A DNA stretch of 64,000 nucleotides, from the NCBI GenBank assembly GCA_964016885.1, contig OZ024740.1, positions 104,966,001 through 105,030,000 of the forward strand, given 5' to 3'. Source of the DNA: Eledone cirrhosa. Lineage: Eukaryota. The notes beneath the pieces were generated by a model. That model had not been told where the DNA came from. It saw nothing but the letters and a program-made list of their open reading frames with translations, and ran no database searches. Position 1 is the first letter of the stretch. Each line of letters opens with the position of its first letter. A program made the translations under genes and the position numbers. Below are positions 1 through 14,119 of this stretch, in pieces.

Positions 1-769
1 ATAGCGTAAAAATAAAGGCTTCGTTGGTTTAAGCTATTTTTATAAAGGATGCCACAGAATGTACGATATATAATGATTACAATATTTTTTAGCAACAACT
101 CTAGTCCCACACTTTTGAAGGTTTATTATAACATTCTGTGGCACTTTTGAGCTTGCGCATTTTTCATGTCTAGTTTAATATTTTTTTAAGGCAACGCTTG
201 TAATAACTCTAGTTAAACAGGATATATATTAATAATAAATTATCGTTGTAATGTAATTAGATTATGTAATTGTTATTATAAATTATCTTATAAATATTAG
301 TGTAAGATGTATAAAAATATTTTCAGACTTTTAATATAAACAACTACAAAAAACAATCAATATTAAATCAATATATTATACATAATAGAAAACATAAAAT
401 ATACAATACAAAAACAAAATATTTACATACAATTGCAATTATCAGTGTATATACATTTTCTTTATATTCCCTGAGCAAATTAATAAGATTTGTTTTTATT
501 GTACATAATTTGATGACTTGTTGGAGTGTATTAAAAGATAGCAACAATTTGTGATTAAATTGTTATCTTAAGCAACTCACTTTTTAATAGTTGTTGGCTG
601 AGCGAAATTGTAAAAGCCTATGAGCAAATATAAAAAAAAATACACAAACAACATTTCCTTGTGTTATTACAACATTAGATAAAATAATTGAGCAATGTCG
701 TTATATTTTGCTCTTATTGCACATTAATAGTGTTTCTATTTTTCGGCACAAATCCATTACGGCAGTCCA

Positions 770-898
770 TTACTGGTACTTTATTTTATCGAATTAGTAA
801 GTATGAAAGTCGAAGTTAACCTCGGCAGGATTTGAACTTAGAATGCAAAGGACCATAACAATACTGCAAAGCATGGTGTCTGACGCTCTACCAATACT
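770..898 (-). mobile_element. tRNA-derived SINE (family with GCCTTTCATCC...GATAAAATAAAGTACCAG core), diverged copy
   Basis: Similar to copies at 21120-22200, 28871 and 32511; B-box-like GTTCAAATCC on the minus strand. Confidence 0.7.
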
Positions 899-1291
899 TG
901 TGTTGAGCTGGTCATTAATTTATGGTGGTCGTGCGTGGAGTAGAGCAATCGCTAGTTGAAATATTATGAACAAAACATTTTTATTTGCCGAAGAACATAT
1001 TTTCAATACTGTTTGTGAATGTGACGAAGGAAATACATTCTGATATGGAACAGTGTACAAAGTGTGTCTGTGAATAACATAATGTTACCTCATGTTGTTG
1101 TCAAGACATAATGGATTTCGTATATCCAGTTAGAAGATGAAACCTAGCCATCTCGGATTAGTTATATTTCATGCCATGTGTAAACGTGTTTGAGGATAGC
1201 AAAATATGCGCGTTAATTATAATAATTAGTTAATAATATTACAAAATATACCTAATTAAACTCTTTGCTTGAAATTTTATCATTCTTCGTT

Positions 1292-1328
<37 letters not shown>

Positions 1329-2759
1329 GGAGAGAGAGAGAGATTTATCTAGTCCTTCGCTCAAGATTAATCTATAAGTTTAGATGTTTGCCTTCGTTTA
1401 AGTAAATATTACAGTAAGATTTTTAATATAAACAACTACAAAAAACAATTAATATTAAAACGAAAAAATTATCAATGATAAAAGAAGCGGATGCAACTTT
1501 TTTTTTTATAAAGTTATATTCCTGTTTCTTTAAAGAACATTTCATTTTTGTTCTATTGTAGGCGAAATAATGCAATGGTTTAATAGGGAAGATATAACTT
1601 ACGAATTATGTCTCTAACCGTGTAACGCTTTTTAAGTAGATAACTACAATTGAAAATACTAAAGAAATGGAACCAACAATTCAATTTGAAAGTCGTCTAG
1701 TGACAGTGTATTACTGGTACTTTATTTTATCGACCCCGTAACGATGAAAGGCAAAAATGCAAATGCTTAAAATTTAAATTGCCTTAATTCTATCGTCTGC
1801 TGTTTCATTAAAGGGAGATTATCGTCTGTATTTAATTCTATCGTCTACTGTTCCACTAAACAGATATACCTCCACTATCGTCTCTATTTATACATTTTAA
1901 CTTATAACTTATACACATTTGATTTGAAATATTTTATCTAGTCCCCCCTCTCAATATTATGATGATTTCTTTCGAATGAAACAGTTCTAGTCCTGTAGAA
2001 GCCATTTATATATATAATTGAACTGAGTTAAAAATTCACAATATTTATAATTAAATAAGCTCATATATATATGTGTGTATTTATCTGTTTATTGTATTAT
2101 ATATAATGTGTGTATATACAGGATGTCCCCCAAAAATATATACACACTTCAACAGCATTCTAATAACTATTGCCTGTACAGGTAATCAAAGTGTCAATCG
2201 AATGTTAGTTTCGTGTTTTAACAGTACAAATTTACAATACACACATAAAACCAGTGTATATACATACATGAGTGTGTATACACATACATGAATGTGTATA
2301 TACAATATATATGTATATATATATAGACACATATATTCACGGTGCAACGGTACATTAAAATATAGATGCGGGAGAGGGGGGGTGTATATATAGGGGCGCT
2401 GGGGATAAAGGAGTGTAAAGCGTGTGTAATTGATATATTGAAGGAGAGGAGCGTGCAGCGATAGAGTAACAAATATATAGAGAGGGGGAGAGATGGTATT
2501 GAAGGGGAGGAGTGCAAAGCGAAAGAGTAAGAGATATATATAGAGACGGAACAGATAGAGAGAAACAGGCGTAAGTAACAGTGGAAGAGATATAGAGAGA
2601 GGTACTCTGATTGGTTGAAAATTAGCCAATGACATACGATCACCACCACCACGGCTATCCCCGAAAAATTTTTAAAGAAGCTAGGCATATATGTTAGAAC
2701 ACGAAAAGTGAACATTCTGTTGTTTCACACTTTTCGTGTTCTAACAGATACGTGAACGG

Positions 2760-3425
2760 CAAAGCATAAACGAACTAAGGGAAAAATTAGAAATGTTGTT
2801 TACTCGAGAGAAGGCTACGTTGGTATGGTCACGTGATGCGCATGAAAGACGACAGCTGTATAAAAAAGTGCAGGGCAATAAAAATAGACAGTAGCCACGG
2901 AGTAGGCAGACTCAGAAAAACCTGGGACGACTTGATAAATTCCGACCTTACACACTTACACCTCTCCAAGACAATGTCACTGGACCGAGATCTTTGGCGC
3001 TACACAGTAATAGAGAAGACCCGCATTACCTAAGTACGCAGTGAAACCTACTACAGTCAGTAGGCACCTCTAACAAAATACACCCCCGTCCCACTACCCC
3101 CACCCCATCCACACCGCCCCTTTCAATGTAAAGTTATGTTGGTACCACAACATCCAGCCCGAAACAAATGAGGTCATGTAGGTGTCACGACAAAAAAACA
3201 CACAGTCCACGCTGTAATGTGGCCGTGTAGGTAACACGTTAAAAACCTCCCAGTTCCACACTATAAATGTGGTTGGTGTTAGGAAGGGCATCCAGCCATA
3301 GAAAACCCGCCAGACAGTCCTATGCGAGCAAGACAACTACTCTTGCATCAAGTGGGAAAACTCCCGTCCAAACCCATGCAAGCGTGGAATATGGACGTTA
3401 AATGATGATGATGATGATGATGATA
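2760..3425 (+). mobile_element. RTE-clade LINE 3' fragment with 3' UTR and (ATG)n tail
   Basis: Encodes RLRWYGHVMRM...GRLRKTWD...DRDLWR; ends CCATGCAAGCGTGGAATATGGACGTTAAA(TGA)n like the other RTE copies. Confidence 0.8.
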
Positions 3426-3571
3426 TTAGAAAGTGAGGCTTTTTTACAAAATGAAAAAAAACGAGGTGTCCTACACAAGTGAAAGTATAAGGAAAAAAGA
3501 TGAAATCGAAAATGCAACTGGAGTCATTTTTTTTAAAAACATATTTATTTGGTTCCTTTACTGGTTAAGAT

Positions 3572-5612
3572 TAGAGACAAAGGACTAGCATGGAAGGCTT
3601 GGAAAAAGGGTGGGAGTAGAGAAGGATATACAGCCGCTAAGAGAGAAGCTAGACATCAGGTGTACTTAGCACACAGGGAGGTTGAGAGTAGGAGGTTTGC
3701 CAATGTTCTGCGACGGGAAGATCAGAGACGTGCGGTGTTCCACATTGCAAAGCAGTGGGTAAATGCAAATCAGGAAGTTGTTGGAGATAAATGTGTCCGA
3801 AATGATGCCGGTGTACTTAGTGTCACGAATGATCGGAAAAATGAGGCCTGGAAATGTCATTATGAGAGACTGATGAATGTGGAGAACGAATGGGAGAGAG
3901 AGAAATTACCCTCAGTAGACCCGACAGAGGGACCAGCTATTGAGATTGACGAATATAGGGTCCAAGAGGCGATTAAGGAAATGAAAAATGGTAAGGCTGC
4001 TGGACCGTCGGGGATAGTTGCTGAGATGCTGAAGGCATCAGGGGACGTAGGCACTAAACTGGTTGCACGCATCATCAATCAGGCTATATATGGTGGTGTC
4101 ATACCCACAGACTGGTGCAGCAGTATTCTCATAAATTGCTACAAAGGTAAAGGGGATGCTCTGGAGAGGAGCAATTATGGGGGTATAAAACTGATGGATC
4201 AGGTTATGAAAGTTGCAGAAAGGATATTAGCACAACTAATTAGAGGAAGGGTCAAACTAGATGAGATGCAGTTTGGTTTGGTGCTTGGGAAAAGTACAAC
4301 AGATGCCCTCTTCTTGGTGAGACAATTACAAGAGAGGTTCTTAGAGAAGAATAAGCCACTATACTTAGCCTTTGTTGACCTAGAGAAGGCCTTTAATAGG
4401 GTACCCCGATCTGTCATCTGCTGGTCTCTAAGGAAACTAGGTGTTGAGGAATGGTTTGTGAGGACAGTGCAAACTTTATACAGAGGTGCTGTCAGTAAAG
4501 TAAGGGTAGGAATGGAGTTTAGTGAGGAATTCCAGATACAAGTAAGAATACATTAAGGTTCGGTCCTCAGCCCGCTCTTGTTCATTATAGTCCTCCAAGC
4601 CATAACAGAGTCTGTCCATGGAAACTTCTCTATGCTGACGATCTGGTTCTTATAGCAGAATCAGTAGAGGACCTAGAGAATAAATTCTGGCTATGGAAAC
4701 AGCAGTTGGAAGCAAGAGGACTGAGAGTGAACCTAGCTAAGACAAAAGTGTTGACGAGTAGAAAAGAGGACAACACTCTGATTCCGCCATGTTCGATATG
4801 CTGAAAAGGAACTGGCATAAATTCTATAAAATGCACACAATGCAGATCCTGGGTACACAAGAGATGTAAGTGGGATAGCAGGCAAACTAACAGGTAGGCA
4901 GAAATACGTATGCAGATGTACAGGGAAATTAGACAGCAGAAGACGCATTGATAGAAACATTTTTCAAATGCAGGCGGCTGCTATAGAAATGGTGGATAGC
5001 TTCCGGTACCTAGGAGATTAGATTAGCATGGGAGGGGTGTGTTCCAAGGCCATAGTATCTAAAATAAGGACAGGTTGGAAGAAGTTTAGGGAGCTGCTTC
5101 CTCTGCTGACGAAGAAGGGTTTCTCCCTGCGTACGAAAGGCCAGTTATATGATGCCTGTGTGAGGAGCGCGATGCGGCGTGGTAGTGAGACATGGGCAGC
5201 AACTGCAGAGGATATGCGATGGCTGGAGAGAAATGAGGCAAGCATGCTCCGTTGGATGTGCAATGTCAATGTGCGTGAACGACGCAGCATGGATGTGTTG
5301 AGAGAGAAACTGTGTCTGATAGAATTTAGTGTGCGAGAGAGGGGACTGAGGTGGTATGGACATGTGATGCGCATGGAGGATGACCGATGGGTGAAGAAGT
5401 GCCAGGAAGTGCCAGGAAATGCCAGCTGAAGGAAGACATGGTAGAGGTAGACCATGAAAAACATGGGAGGAGGTGGTGAGAACAGACCTCAGATCGCTGA
5501 AGCTCACGGTGGAGATGACGAGAGACCGTGACAAGTGGAGAGATGCTGTGCTGAATAAGACTCGTCCCACCCTTGCAAGCAGGGAAAAGCAGACGTAAAA
5601 TGATGATGATGA

Positions 5613-5615
<3 letters not shown>
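3572..5615 (+). mobile_element. 5'-truncated RTE-clade LINE, RT ORF with stops and frameshifts
   Basis: KAAGPSGI, YKGKGD, QFG, AFVDLEKAFNRVP, GSVLSP, YADDL (~4631), C-terminal LYDACVRS..GSETW and RLRWYGH-like motifs; (ATG)n tail. Confidence 0.92.
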
Positions 5616-5664
<49 letters not shown>

Positions 5665-5667
5665 TCT

Positions 5668-5698
<31 letters not shown>

Positions 5699-5699
5699 T

Positions 5700-5753
<54 letters not shown>

Positions 5754-5914
5754 TATACGTATATATATATTGGAAAATGTGCGAGATCCTTGGTACAGTT
5801 AGGTATATTTGAAAAAAAGGAAAAGAATGACTTCACTTGTGTTAAAAAATTTTATGATTTAATGTTATAATATAATATAATATATCTATATATATATATA
5901 TATATGTCCCTCGT

Positions 5915-6190
5915 TATAATGGTGCCATCCAGTTCTACACTGTAAATGTGGGTGCAGCTCCCAAACTATGGTTCCAGTGTGAGCAGGGTATGGCATGGCC
6001 AACTGGCCTATCCCTCCTCATAACGGTGCCATCCAATTCCACACTGTAAATGTGGGGGCGGCTCCCAAACTATGGTTCTGCTGTGAGTTGAGTATGGTGC
6101 GGCCAACTAGCCTGTACCTCCTAACAGAGCCATCCAGTTCCGCACGGTAAATGTGGTTGGTGTTAGGAAGGGCATCCAGCTGAAAAAATT
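5915..6190. repeat. ~102-bp tandem repeat, ~2.5 copies, related to the RTE-type 3' UTR
   Basis: GCCATCCAGTTC..CACTGTAAATGTGG recurs at ~5925, ~6027 and ~6129; the last copy continues into GTTGGTGTTAGGAAGGGCATCCAGC. Confidence 0.7.
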
Positions 6191-6432
6191 CCGGCCAAAT
6201 TTACAGTTCCATCTGAGGAAGTGTAGTGTAAAAATATTTATATCTAAAGTTGGCAGAGCACTCAGTCCCGGGACAAATTGATATATACAAATATATATAT
6301 TTAAATTCACAATATTTTCACTTTTAAAGATGTCAAACTGACAAGTAGCAGAAATAAGAATTTCCCCAGCAGAACACACATAGTTGACAGATGAAAATGT
6401 GAATTTAACTAAATGTATCTCTCTCTCTCTCT

Positions 6433-7175
<743 letters not shown>

Positions 7176-7261
7176 TATAGGAAAATGTTCAAGACCCCGA
7201 CGTTATGGTCCATCTGGTTCCTTACCACACTTCCTTCGTTATATATATATATATATATATA

Positions 7262-10200
7262 TAGGATAGAAACATTTGAACAGGGACAGAACAGAGAGGC
7301 AGTACAATAAATGTTTATTAATTTCACGCTCAGGAGAGTGGGGGGTAGGTGGGGGATGACGTTTCGGGCATAAGCCCTTCCTCAGGTGAGAAGTGTGTGG
7401 GAACAGAGTTCAGAAGGTGTGTAGGGGAGTGGTGGAGAGACATATAGCGAAGGGAAACGGTGCGAATGAAAAATTAACAAATAAAGACAAAAAATATAAA
7501 ATAAAAATAAAGCATGATCAAAATAAAAGGAATGAGAAAATTTAAAAATAAAGGCATGATCAAAATAAACTGAAATTAAAAGGGGGCTAAACAGGTGGTG
7601 GAAGGGTGTGGGGTGAGTAGGGGTGGTGGCGGGTGGAGTGGGGAGAGGGAGACGGGGTGTCCGAGCGGGGAGGGCTGAAGGTGGTGTGTGTGTGTAGGTG
7701 TGCGTGTGTATGTGAAAGTAAGGGTTGGGGGAAGAACGGGGTTGCATGTTCAGGAAGAGGTGTGTGTGGGGGTGTTTTTGTGGGTCGGAGTGTCTATGCG
7801 TGTGTGGATAGGGGGTGCGGGGAGAGGAATCAGGAGGCTGAGGGTGTAAATATGTGGTGGGAGGCACGTGTGTGTGGGGTTTAAGCGTGTTGTGGGTGTG
7901 GGTGGCGTGTAGAGAAAAATTTTTTTTTGGGGTGTGTGTGTGGGTGAGTTATATAGGTGATGACGTAAGAGGATGGTTGAAAAGTTGGTAAGTTCCAAGG
8001 ATGTTTGGAGGATTGGTTATAAGTCAATTTCTGCGTGTGGGTAATCCATGAAGCGGTGGTCGGAAGAGGAGAGATGTGGGGTGCGCGCGCAACAGGAAGT
8101 GGTCAGCAGTGGGAGTGCTGTGGTCTGTTGGTGCTGGGAGGTGGTCAGAAGGGCATAGCAGCAGTCGGTGGAATGGTAAGGGGGCGAGGATGGGTAGGTG
8201 TGAAAGTTGGAGTGAGGAGGGTGTGTGTGTGTGTGTGTGTGTATTAGTAGGGTGTTAGTGGGATGAGTGAGTGTGGTGCGGGGGTGTGGGTGGAGCGGGG
8301 AGAGAAGGGTGTGTGTGGTTCTATGGAGGGAGTGTGGTGTACTGGTGTGTGTGTAGTTTGGTGAAGAGGTGTTAGTGGGTGTTAGTATACGGGTGGTGGG
8401 GAGGGGTTGAATGCAGGTGTGAGTGGGGGTTAGTGGTGGTAGGGTGTGTAGAGTTGGTGGTGTACGAGGGTGTGTGGGTACGTGTGCGTGGGGTTGGGGG
8501 GTGTTAGTGATGTTAGTTGCGTGTGGGGTGGGTGGTGTAAGTGGGTGCGTGTGTGCGTGTGATAAGGAGGGGGGAGGAGGAGAAGAGGGGAGGGAAGGGA
8601 TGTTAGTATGTTAGTTGGGGAAGGGTGGTCAGATGAGGGGTGGAGTGGAGGTGTTAGTATTGTTAGTGTGGGGTGGGCGGTGAAAAGGAGGGGTGTGTTA
8701 GTGGTGTTAGTGGGGGATAAGTGTGGGGGGGGGGAAGGGGGCGGTCGAACGCTAAAGGAATAAGGGTGGGGAGTTCAGGCCGGGGGGAGTGTGGGTCTGT
8801 AAGATGAAGATAGTTCGACCGTAAGGCGATGGGCGGGTGTTCCGTGACACTGGAGTAGGCCACAGACTGTGAGATGGCGTGCGGAGTGTCCAGGACCACC
8901 AAAGTGGCGGGCTATGGGGGAACTGCCCCCGAGACGAATATCCCGGAGGTGCTCCGTGACTCGGTGACTCGGTCCGTAGACTAGGTTGGAGGAGGTGCAG
9001 CGGAAGGCATGCCGGACCGAGAGAGAGTGGCCGTTGGGACCCTGGAAGGTGGTGGTGTTGGTGATGTGGGGACAGGTGTTGCAGCGGGGCCTAGAACAGG
9101 GAAAGGAACCGGGGAGGGGGAACAGAGCGTGGGTTGGGGGGTAGGGAGCTGTGGACGAGGAGGGTGCGGAGATTGCGTGCGCGTTTGAAGGAGGGGAGTG
9201 GTGGGGTTGGGAAGATGTGGGAGGTGGAGGGGTCGGACTGGAGGCGTCGGAAGAGGCGGCGGATGGTGCGGTGGAGGGGTAAGGTGGAGGGGTGGTAGGT
9301 GATTGGGAAGGGGAGACGGTGGGTGGGTGTGCGGTGGCGTGGGGTGAGGGTGGTGGAGCGGGGATAGCACGGGCGCGGGTGAGAGCGGTGTAGACGAGAG
9401 AGGGGGGGTAACCTCTGCGGATGAAATGGCTGACTAGGGAAAGGGCCTGGGACTCGAAGTCAGCATCACGGCTACAGAGGCGGCGGATCCTGAGAAGTTG
9501 GGAGTAGGGAATGGAGTGTTTAGTGTGGGTGGGGTGGGAAGAGGTGAAGTCGAGGTAAGAGTGGGAGTCGGTGGGTTTGAAGAAGGCGGAGGTGACGAGG
9601 GAGTGGTGGGAGGGGTCGAAGGCGACGGAGATGTCTAAGAAGTGGACGTGGGTGGTGGGGATAGAGGTGGTGAAGTGGAGGGAGGGGTGGAAGGAGCAGA
9701 AGAAGGAGAGAAAGGAGTCGAGCTGTTCTCGGGTGAGGGTCGTGGCTCCGATACAGTCGTCAATGTAACGACCGTACAGTTCGGGCGTGGGGCCGGTGTA
9801 CTGGGCAAAGATTTGGGCCTCAACATGGCTAACAAAAAGGTTGGCATAGTTCGGGCCCATTCTTGTGCCCATGGCTACCCCCGTGACCTGTTGGTAAAAC
9901 TCACCCGAGAAGGAGAAACAATTTAGAGTGAGGACCAGCTCGGCGAGGCGAAGGAGGGTGGGGGTGGAGGGAATGGGGGAGGGGCGAAGGTCGAGGTAGT
10001 GTTTGAGGGCGCGAAGGCCGTCGTCGTGGGGGATGACTGTATAGAGGGACTTGATGTCTAGGGTGAAGAGGAAGGGCTGTGGGCCGGGTAGGTAGGTGAA
10101 GGAGTCGAAAAGGCACAGGGCGTGGTTGGTGTCGGAGATGTGGGAGGGGAGGGTGGTGACAAGGGGGGCGAGGAGGGAGTCGAGAAAGGCGGAGATGAGT

Positions 10201-10415
10201 TCGGTGGGGCAGTTGCAAGCGGAGACGATGGGGCGGCCGGGGTTGTCGGGTTTGTGGAGTTTGGGGAGGAAGTAGATGGTGGGGGTGCGGGGGGTGCGGA
10301 CGATGAGGTGGGAAGCGGGGGGGGGGGGGGGGCGATAAGGTCTTTGATGGTGGAGGAGACTTGTTGTTGGTAGAAGGGGGTGGGATCGGAGGGTAGAGGG
10401 CGGTAAAAGAGGGGG
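7262..10415 (-). mobile_element. Penelope-like element (PLE), 5'-truncated: RT plus damaged GIY-YIG region and long C/A-rich 3' region
   Basis: Minus frame YFLPKLHKPDNPGRPIVS, TLDIKSLYTVIP, GVAMGTRMGPNYANLF, RYIDD, KPTDSHSYLDFTSSHP, CSRPRCNTC linker, FRCTSSNLVY and EHLRDIR..PIARHF. Confidence 0.9.
7358..7385 (-). ncRNA. Minimal hammerhead-ribozyme-like motif in the PLE terminal repeat
   Basis: CTGAGGA-A-GGGC-TTAT-GCCC-GAAA-CG-TC fits the CUGANGA / helix II / GAAA / UH core; helix I pairing is not evident. Confidence 0.55.
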
Positions 10416-10839
10416 TTACAGAGCTGCCTGAGGGATATTTATTCTGCACCTTTATCTGTGGTCCTCCTCACCTCCTCTGAAGCATGAAGACTTTCTATAA
10501 ATAAGCAAACCTCTTATTGTAACAACATGATTGAGATAGGAAATACATTGTGTGCACACATTTTAAAGAGGTACAAAGTAATCCTGATATATATGTATAT
10601 AATTAAAAGATGAAGCTTATCAAATAGAATGGACACAGCTTTGGTCGTTTCCACACTCACTCAATAATCTAATTAAGTTTGTATTGTTAAAATTCAAACC
10701 CAACTGATTAGAGTATAAACAGCGAGGATGATGACTTTGTGTGGGTCGGAAAATTGAGATTCCTGGACCGATGCAGTGGTCTGAGCAGAACAACCATGCG
10801 CAAAATTAGGTAATGTTATCATATATATATATATATGTG

Positions 10840-11050
10840 TAAAAGGTAAATAGAAATAACAACACAATCGGTACAGTATATGGAAGGGATATATTAGGTT
10901 AACGCTTGATATAGCAGGAAGAGGGTCTTAACGTTTCGGACGATAGTCCTTCACCAGAAGAAAGAATGAGAAATAAGAAAGATTGAGGGGACGGGTGGGT
11001 TGGAATTAGAAAAATGTCTTTAGATAAAAATAACAGGTCCATTCATGTTG
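10840..11050 (-). mobile_element. Solo PLE terminal-repeat-like fragment with a degenerate hammerhead motif (10929-10957)
   Basis: CTGGTGA-A-GGAC-TATC-GTCC-GAAA-CG-TTA; same layout as 7262-7390; abuts (TA)n. Confidence 0.45.
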
Positions 11051-11396
11051 ACATCTCTTGGAAAACTGTTGTTGCTGGCGTTTTGTGTATGGTTTATTTT
11101 TTTAGAAAAGTGGATGATGGAGCGCGTCTGCCTGAAATGAAAAAAAAAACGTTTTGTAAAAAGAACTATACATGTGCACGTGCGTAAGCATGTGTGTGTG
11201 TGTTATTATACGTCCGTACGAAGCTAAGAAGAAATGTTTGTGTATATGTGAGTAAAAGAGTGTGTGTGTGCATGTAAGTACGAAGCTATGAGCAAAAGTA
11301 TGTTAATATAAGGGTGTGTATACAGAGCAGTGAAGGGAAAAGTGGAGTGAGCATATATAGTCGGCATGTATTAGTTGTAAGATATGCTAATGATCA

Positions 11397-12246
11397 GTGC
11401 TAGTGAGTAAGAAAGAAGATAGGACCCAGTGGCCCTGCTCAATGTGCAGGAAAAGAGTAGGCATCAACTCCATATGCTGTACACAATGTAAATCTAGAGT
11501 ACATAAAAGATGTAGTGGGATAACGAGTAGACTAACAAGGGAAGGGAGAACTTTGTATGTAGAAAATACACAAGAGTAATCAAGAGGAAGAGTGTCAATG
11601 ATATTAACCTTTTCCAGTCACAGGAAGGATCCATAGACGTGGTTGATAGCTTCTGATATGTTGGTGACCTAATTAGCAGCAGAGAAGGGTGCACTGAGAA
11701 AATAATAATTAGAATAAAGATAGGATGGAAGAAGTTTAGAGAACTGCTAACAACAGAAGGTTTCTCCCTATGTACAAAAGGAAGGCTGTCTGACGCCTGT
11801 GTATAGAGTCCGGTGCTGCATGGTAGTGAAACATAGACTGTAACTGCAGAGGACATGTGTAACTGGAGAGAAATGAAGCAACCATTCTTCGTTGGATGAG
11901 CAATGCAAGTATTAGAAAAAAACAGAGCTTAGACGAGCTGAGGGAGAAGTTGGGTTTAAGAGGAATCCGAGGCAGAGTGTAAGAGAGAAGACTGTGTTGG
12001 TATAGATATGTGATGTACATGAACAATGACTGGTGAGTGAAGAAATGCCAGGAAATCACAGTAGAAGCCACGGTAGAGGACGACCAAGAAAAACCTGGGC
12101 AGAGGTTGCGGGAAGCTGACCTCAAATCGCTAAGACTGGCAGAGGAGATGATGAAGGAACACAAGTGGAGAGATGCTGTATTGAGAAACATCTGCACAAC
12201 CCATGCAAGCATGTAAAAGCGGACGTAAAAACGATGATGATGATGA
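11397..12246 (+). mobile_element. Decayed RTE LINE 3' portion
   Basis: WPCSMCRKRVGINSICCTQCKSRVHKRCSG zinc-finger-like segment, GWKKFRE and GSET motifs, (ATG)n tail. Confidence 0.85.
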
Positions 12247-13830
12247 CGTATATATACAAACACACAGTTGATGTATTTGATAACTAAGGAGTTTAACATA
12301 CGCAAAATCCAATATAACTAAGTGACAAATACAACCACCTTACTCTCAGAGTGAGTAACAGGCTAAGCCTAAATCACAATTTACTTTATCTATTTATCAC
12401 ATCTATGTTCATTTGAAATCAAACATTTAATCTGATGTTCAGCCGTTTCTGTACAAAATTGTTTAATAAATCCCCCAAACGGTGTTGAATGGTTCAAGGG
12501 ACACAACTCTTGTTAAGAGATGCCAGAACTCATTCCGTAAGCACGACAGCTGTAACAAAGACTCGGACGATACATTCAAAAATTGTATGCACACCATGTG
12601 TGTATTGGATTTTCTCCGGTTCCGACGACGAGTGTCCCACTTAGTTGTATGATCAACGGAACAGCCTGTTCAAGAAAATCAACGCGCAAGCGGCTGAGCA
12701 TTCCTCAAACATGTATACCCTTAATGCAATTCTCGGGGTGATTCAGCGTGACACAGTGTGTAACAAGGTTGTTCTTTTGCCAGATGAATGAACTGAAACA
12801 ATGGGAAATAAAAGGGACACTGCTGGAAACAAAATTTATTCCCTTACGATCATCCTATCCAGTAAGCCACGCATACTATATTTGTGAAAGGCCTAACAAC
12901 TCGCTCGTTTAGCATCACTAACACTACTGTCACTTTAGGTACTTTTAGCAGAGTTCAGGGTTGCAAGAATTCAGACCAAACCTCCAGTTTTATCTGGTAT
13001 GTTTTTGTACATGCACAAATGTACAAGTTAAATAAACATCCACTTCATCAATCTCAACAATGTGTATGTATACATATACACATACATATAAACAATTATA
13101 AAAATATTTATTCTGTCGGATTAAAGAAAAAATAATCTTTGAATAGACCCCTGTGCTTTTTCACTTTTATTTACACACGCGCGCGCGCACACATATGTAT
13201 ATAGATAGTCTACGGTACGTAGAACGGGAAGGCCACAAATCACTCGATACATGGTATGATGCAGAGTGGGTTTATTAGTTTGGTAGAGGATCGATCGCGA
13301 GCTCAGATGGTTTCGGCTAGTAACCTTTTTCTAGAAAGATTTTCTTCTAAATATACACACCTACAATTAAATGTTCTCTGGACATCGCCAAAGTAAACAT
13401 ATGATGATAGAAAAGTAAGATAGAGATGTGATGGTGGTGGTGGTGGTGGTGGTATTAGTGGTGCTGCAATGATGTTATAAACAGCAGTTAACTCAAACAT
13501 TAAAAACAACAAATCTATGCCATCTCAAGTGATCGGGATAGCTTGCACGTTGTAGTTTGATCTGCTAGAAATAGCAGCCAAATTTCCCTTAATTCCTTTT
13601 TAGATGGAAAGGAGACATTGGTTTATGCAATCTTTTGATGTACTGAGTCTGGAAATTTAAAAAGGATGTGAAGGATACCATTGGAACGCATTCGAATAGA
13701 TTTGCACAATCAGAGCTGACTTGGAGCTAAACAATAGCTTATGACAGGAAGGTCAAACTGTCAAACTTTTCACATTAATCACGTGGTTCTTCAGTTAGGA
13801 TTCCGACCTCACACTGCATTCTGCCATTTA

Positions 13831-14027
13831 CTAGGGTGAGCTCAAACGTTCATAGGCGACTACGAAGGAGTGATGCTAGAGCTGTGAAGATTTGCATGCA
13901 TGAATGTCAACTCTTCTTACTAGTAACTGCATTGTTTCTTTCCAGGGACTATGTTGAAAAATAAACCTAATTTGGTCATTCCATAAAAGAATCTTGGTCA
14001 GCCTATGAACTTTTCGGCCAACATTCG
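13831..14027. mobile_element. Mariner-type MITE (~200 bp)
   Basis: Imperfect TIRs ...AACGTTCATAGGCGAC / GTCAGCCTATGAACTTTTC..., TA on both sides; an inverted copy lies at 35370-35567. Confidence 0.75.
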
Positions 14028-14119
14028 TATATTAGTGAATTTAAATATAACGATCGCTATTCCATTTTAATCTTTAAAACGTGTGTAAGTTTTTATGTCT
14101 GACGTTCTCATATCGCTTA

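Noticed and set aside
7382-8902. Pro/His/Thr-rich and Gly/Val-rich ORFs
   Set aside because: Low-complexity G/T-skewed PLE 3' region with no domain signal.
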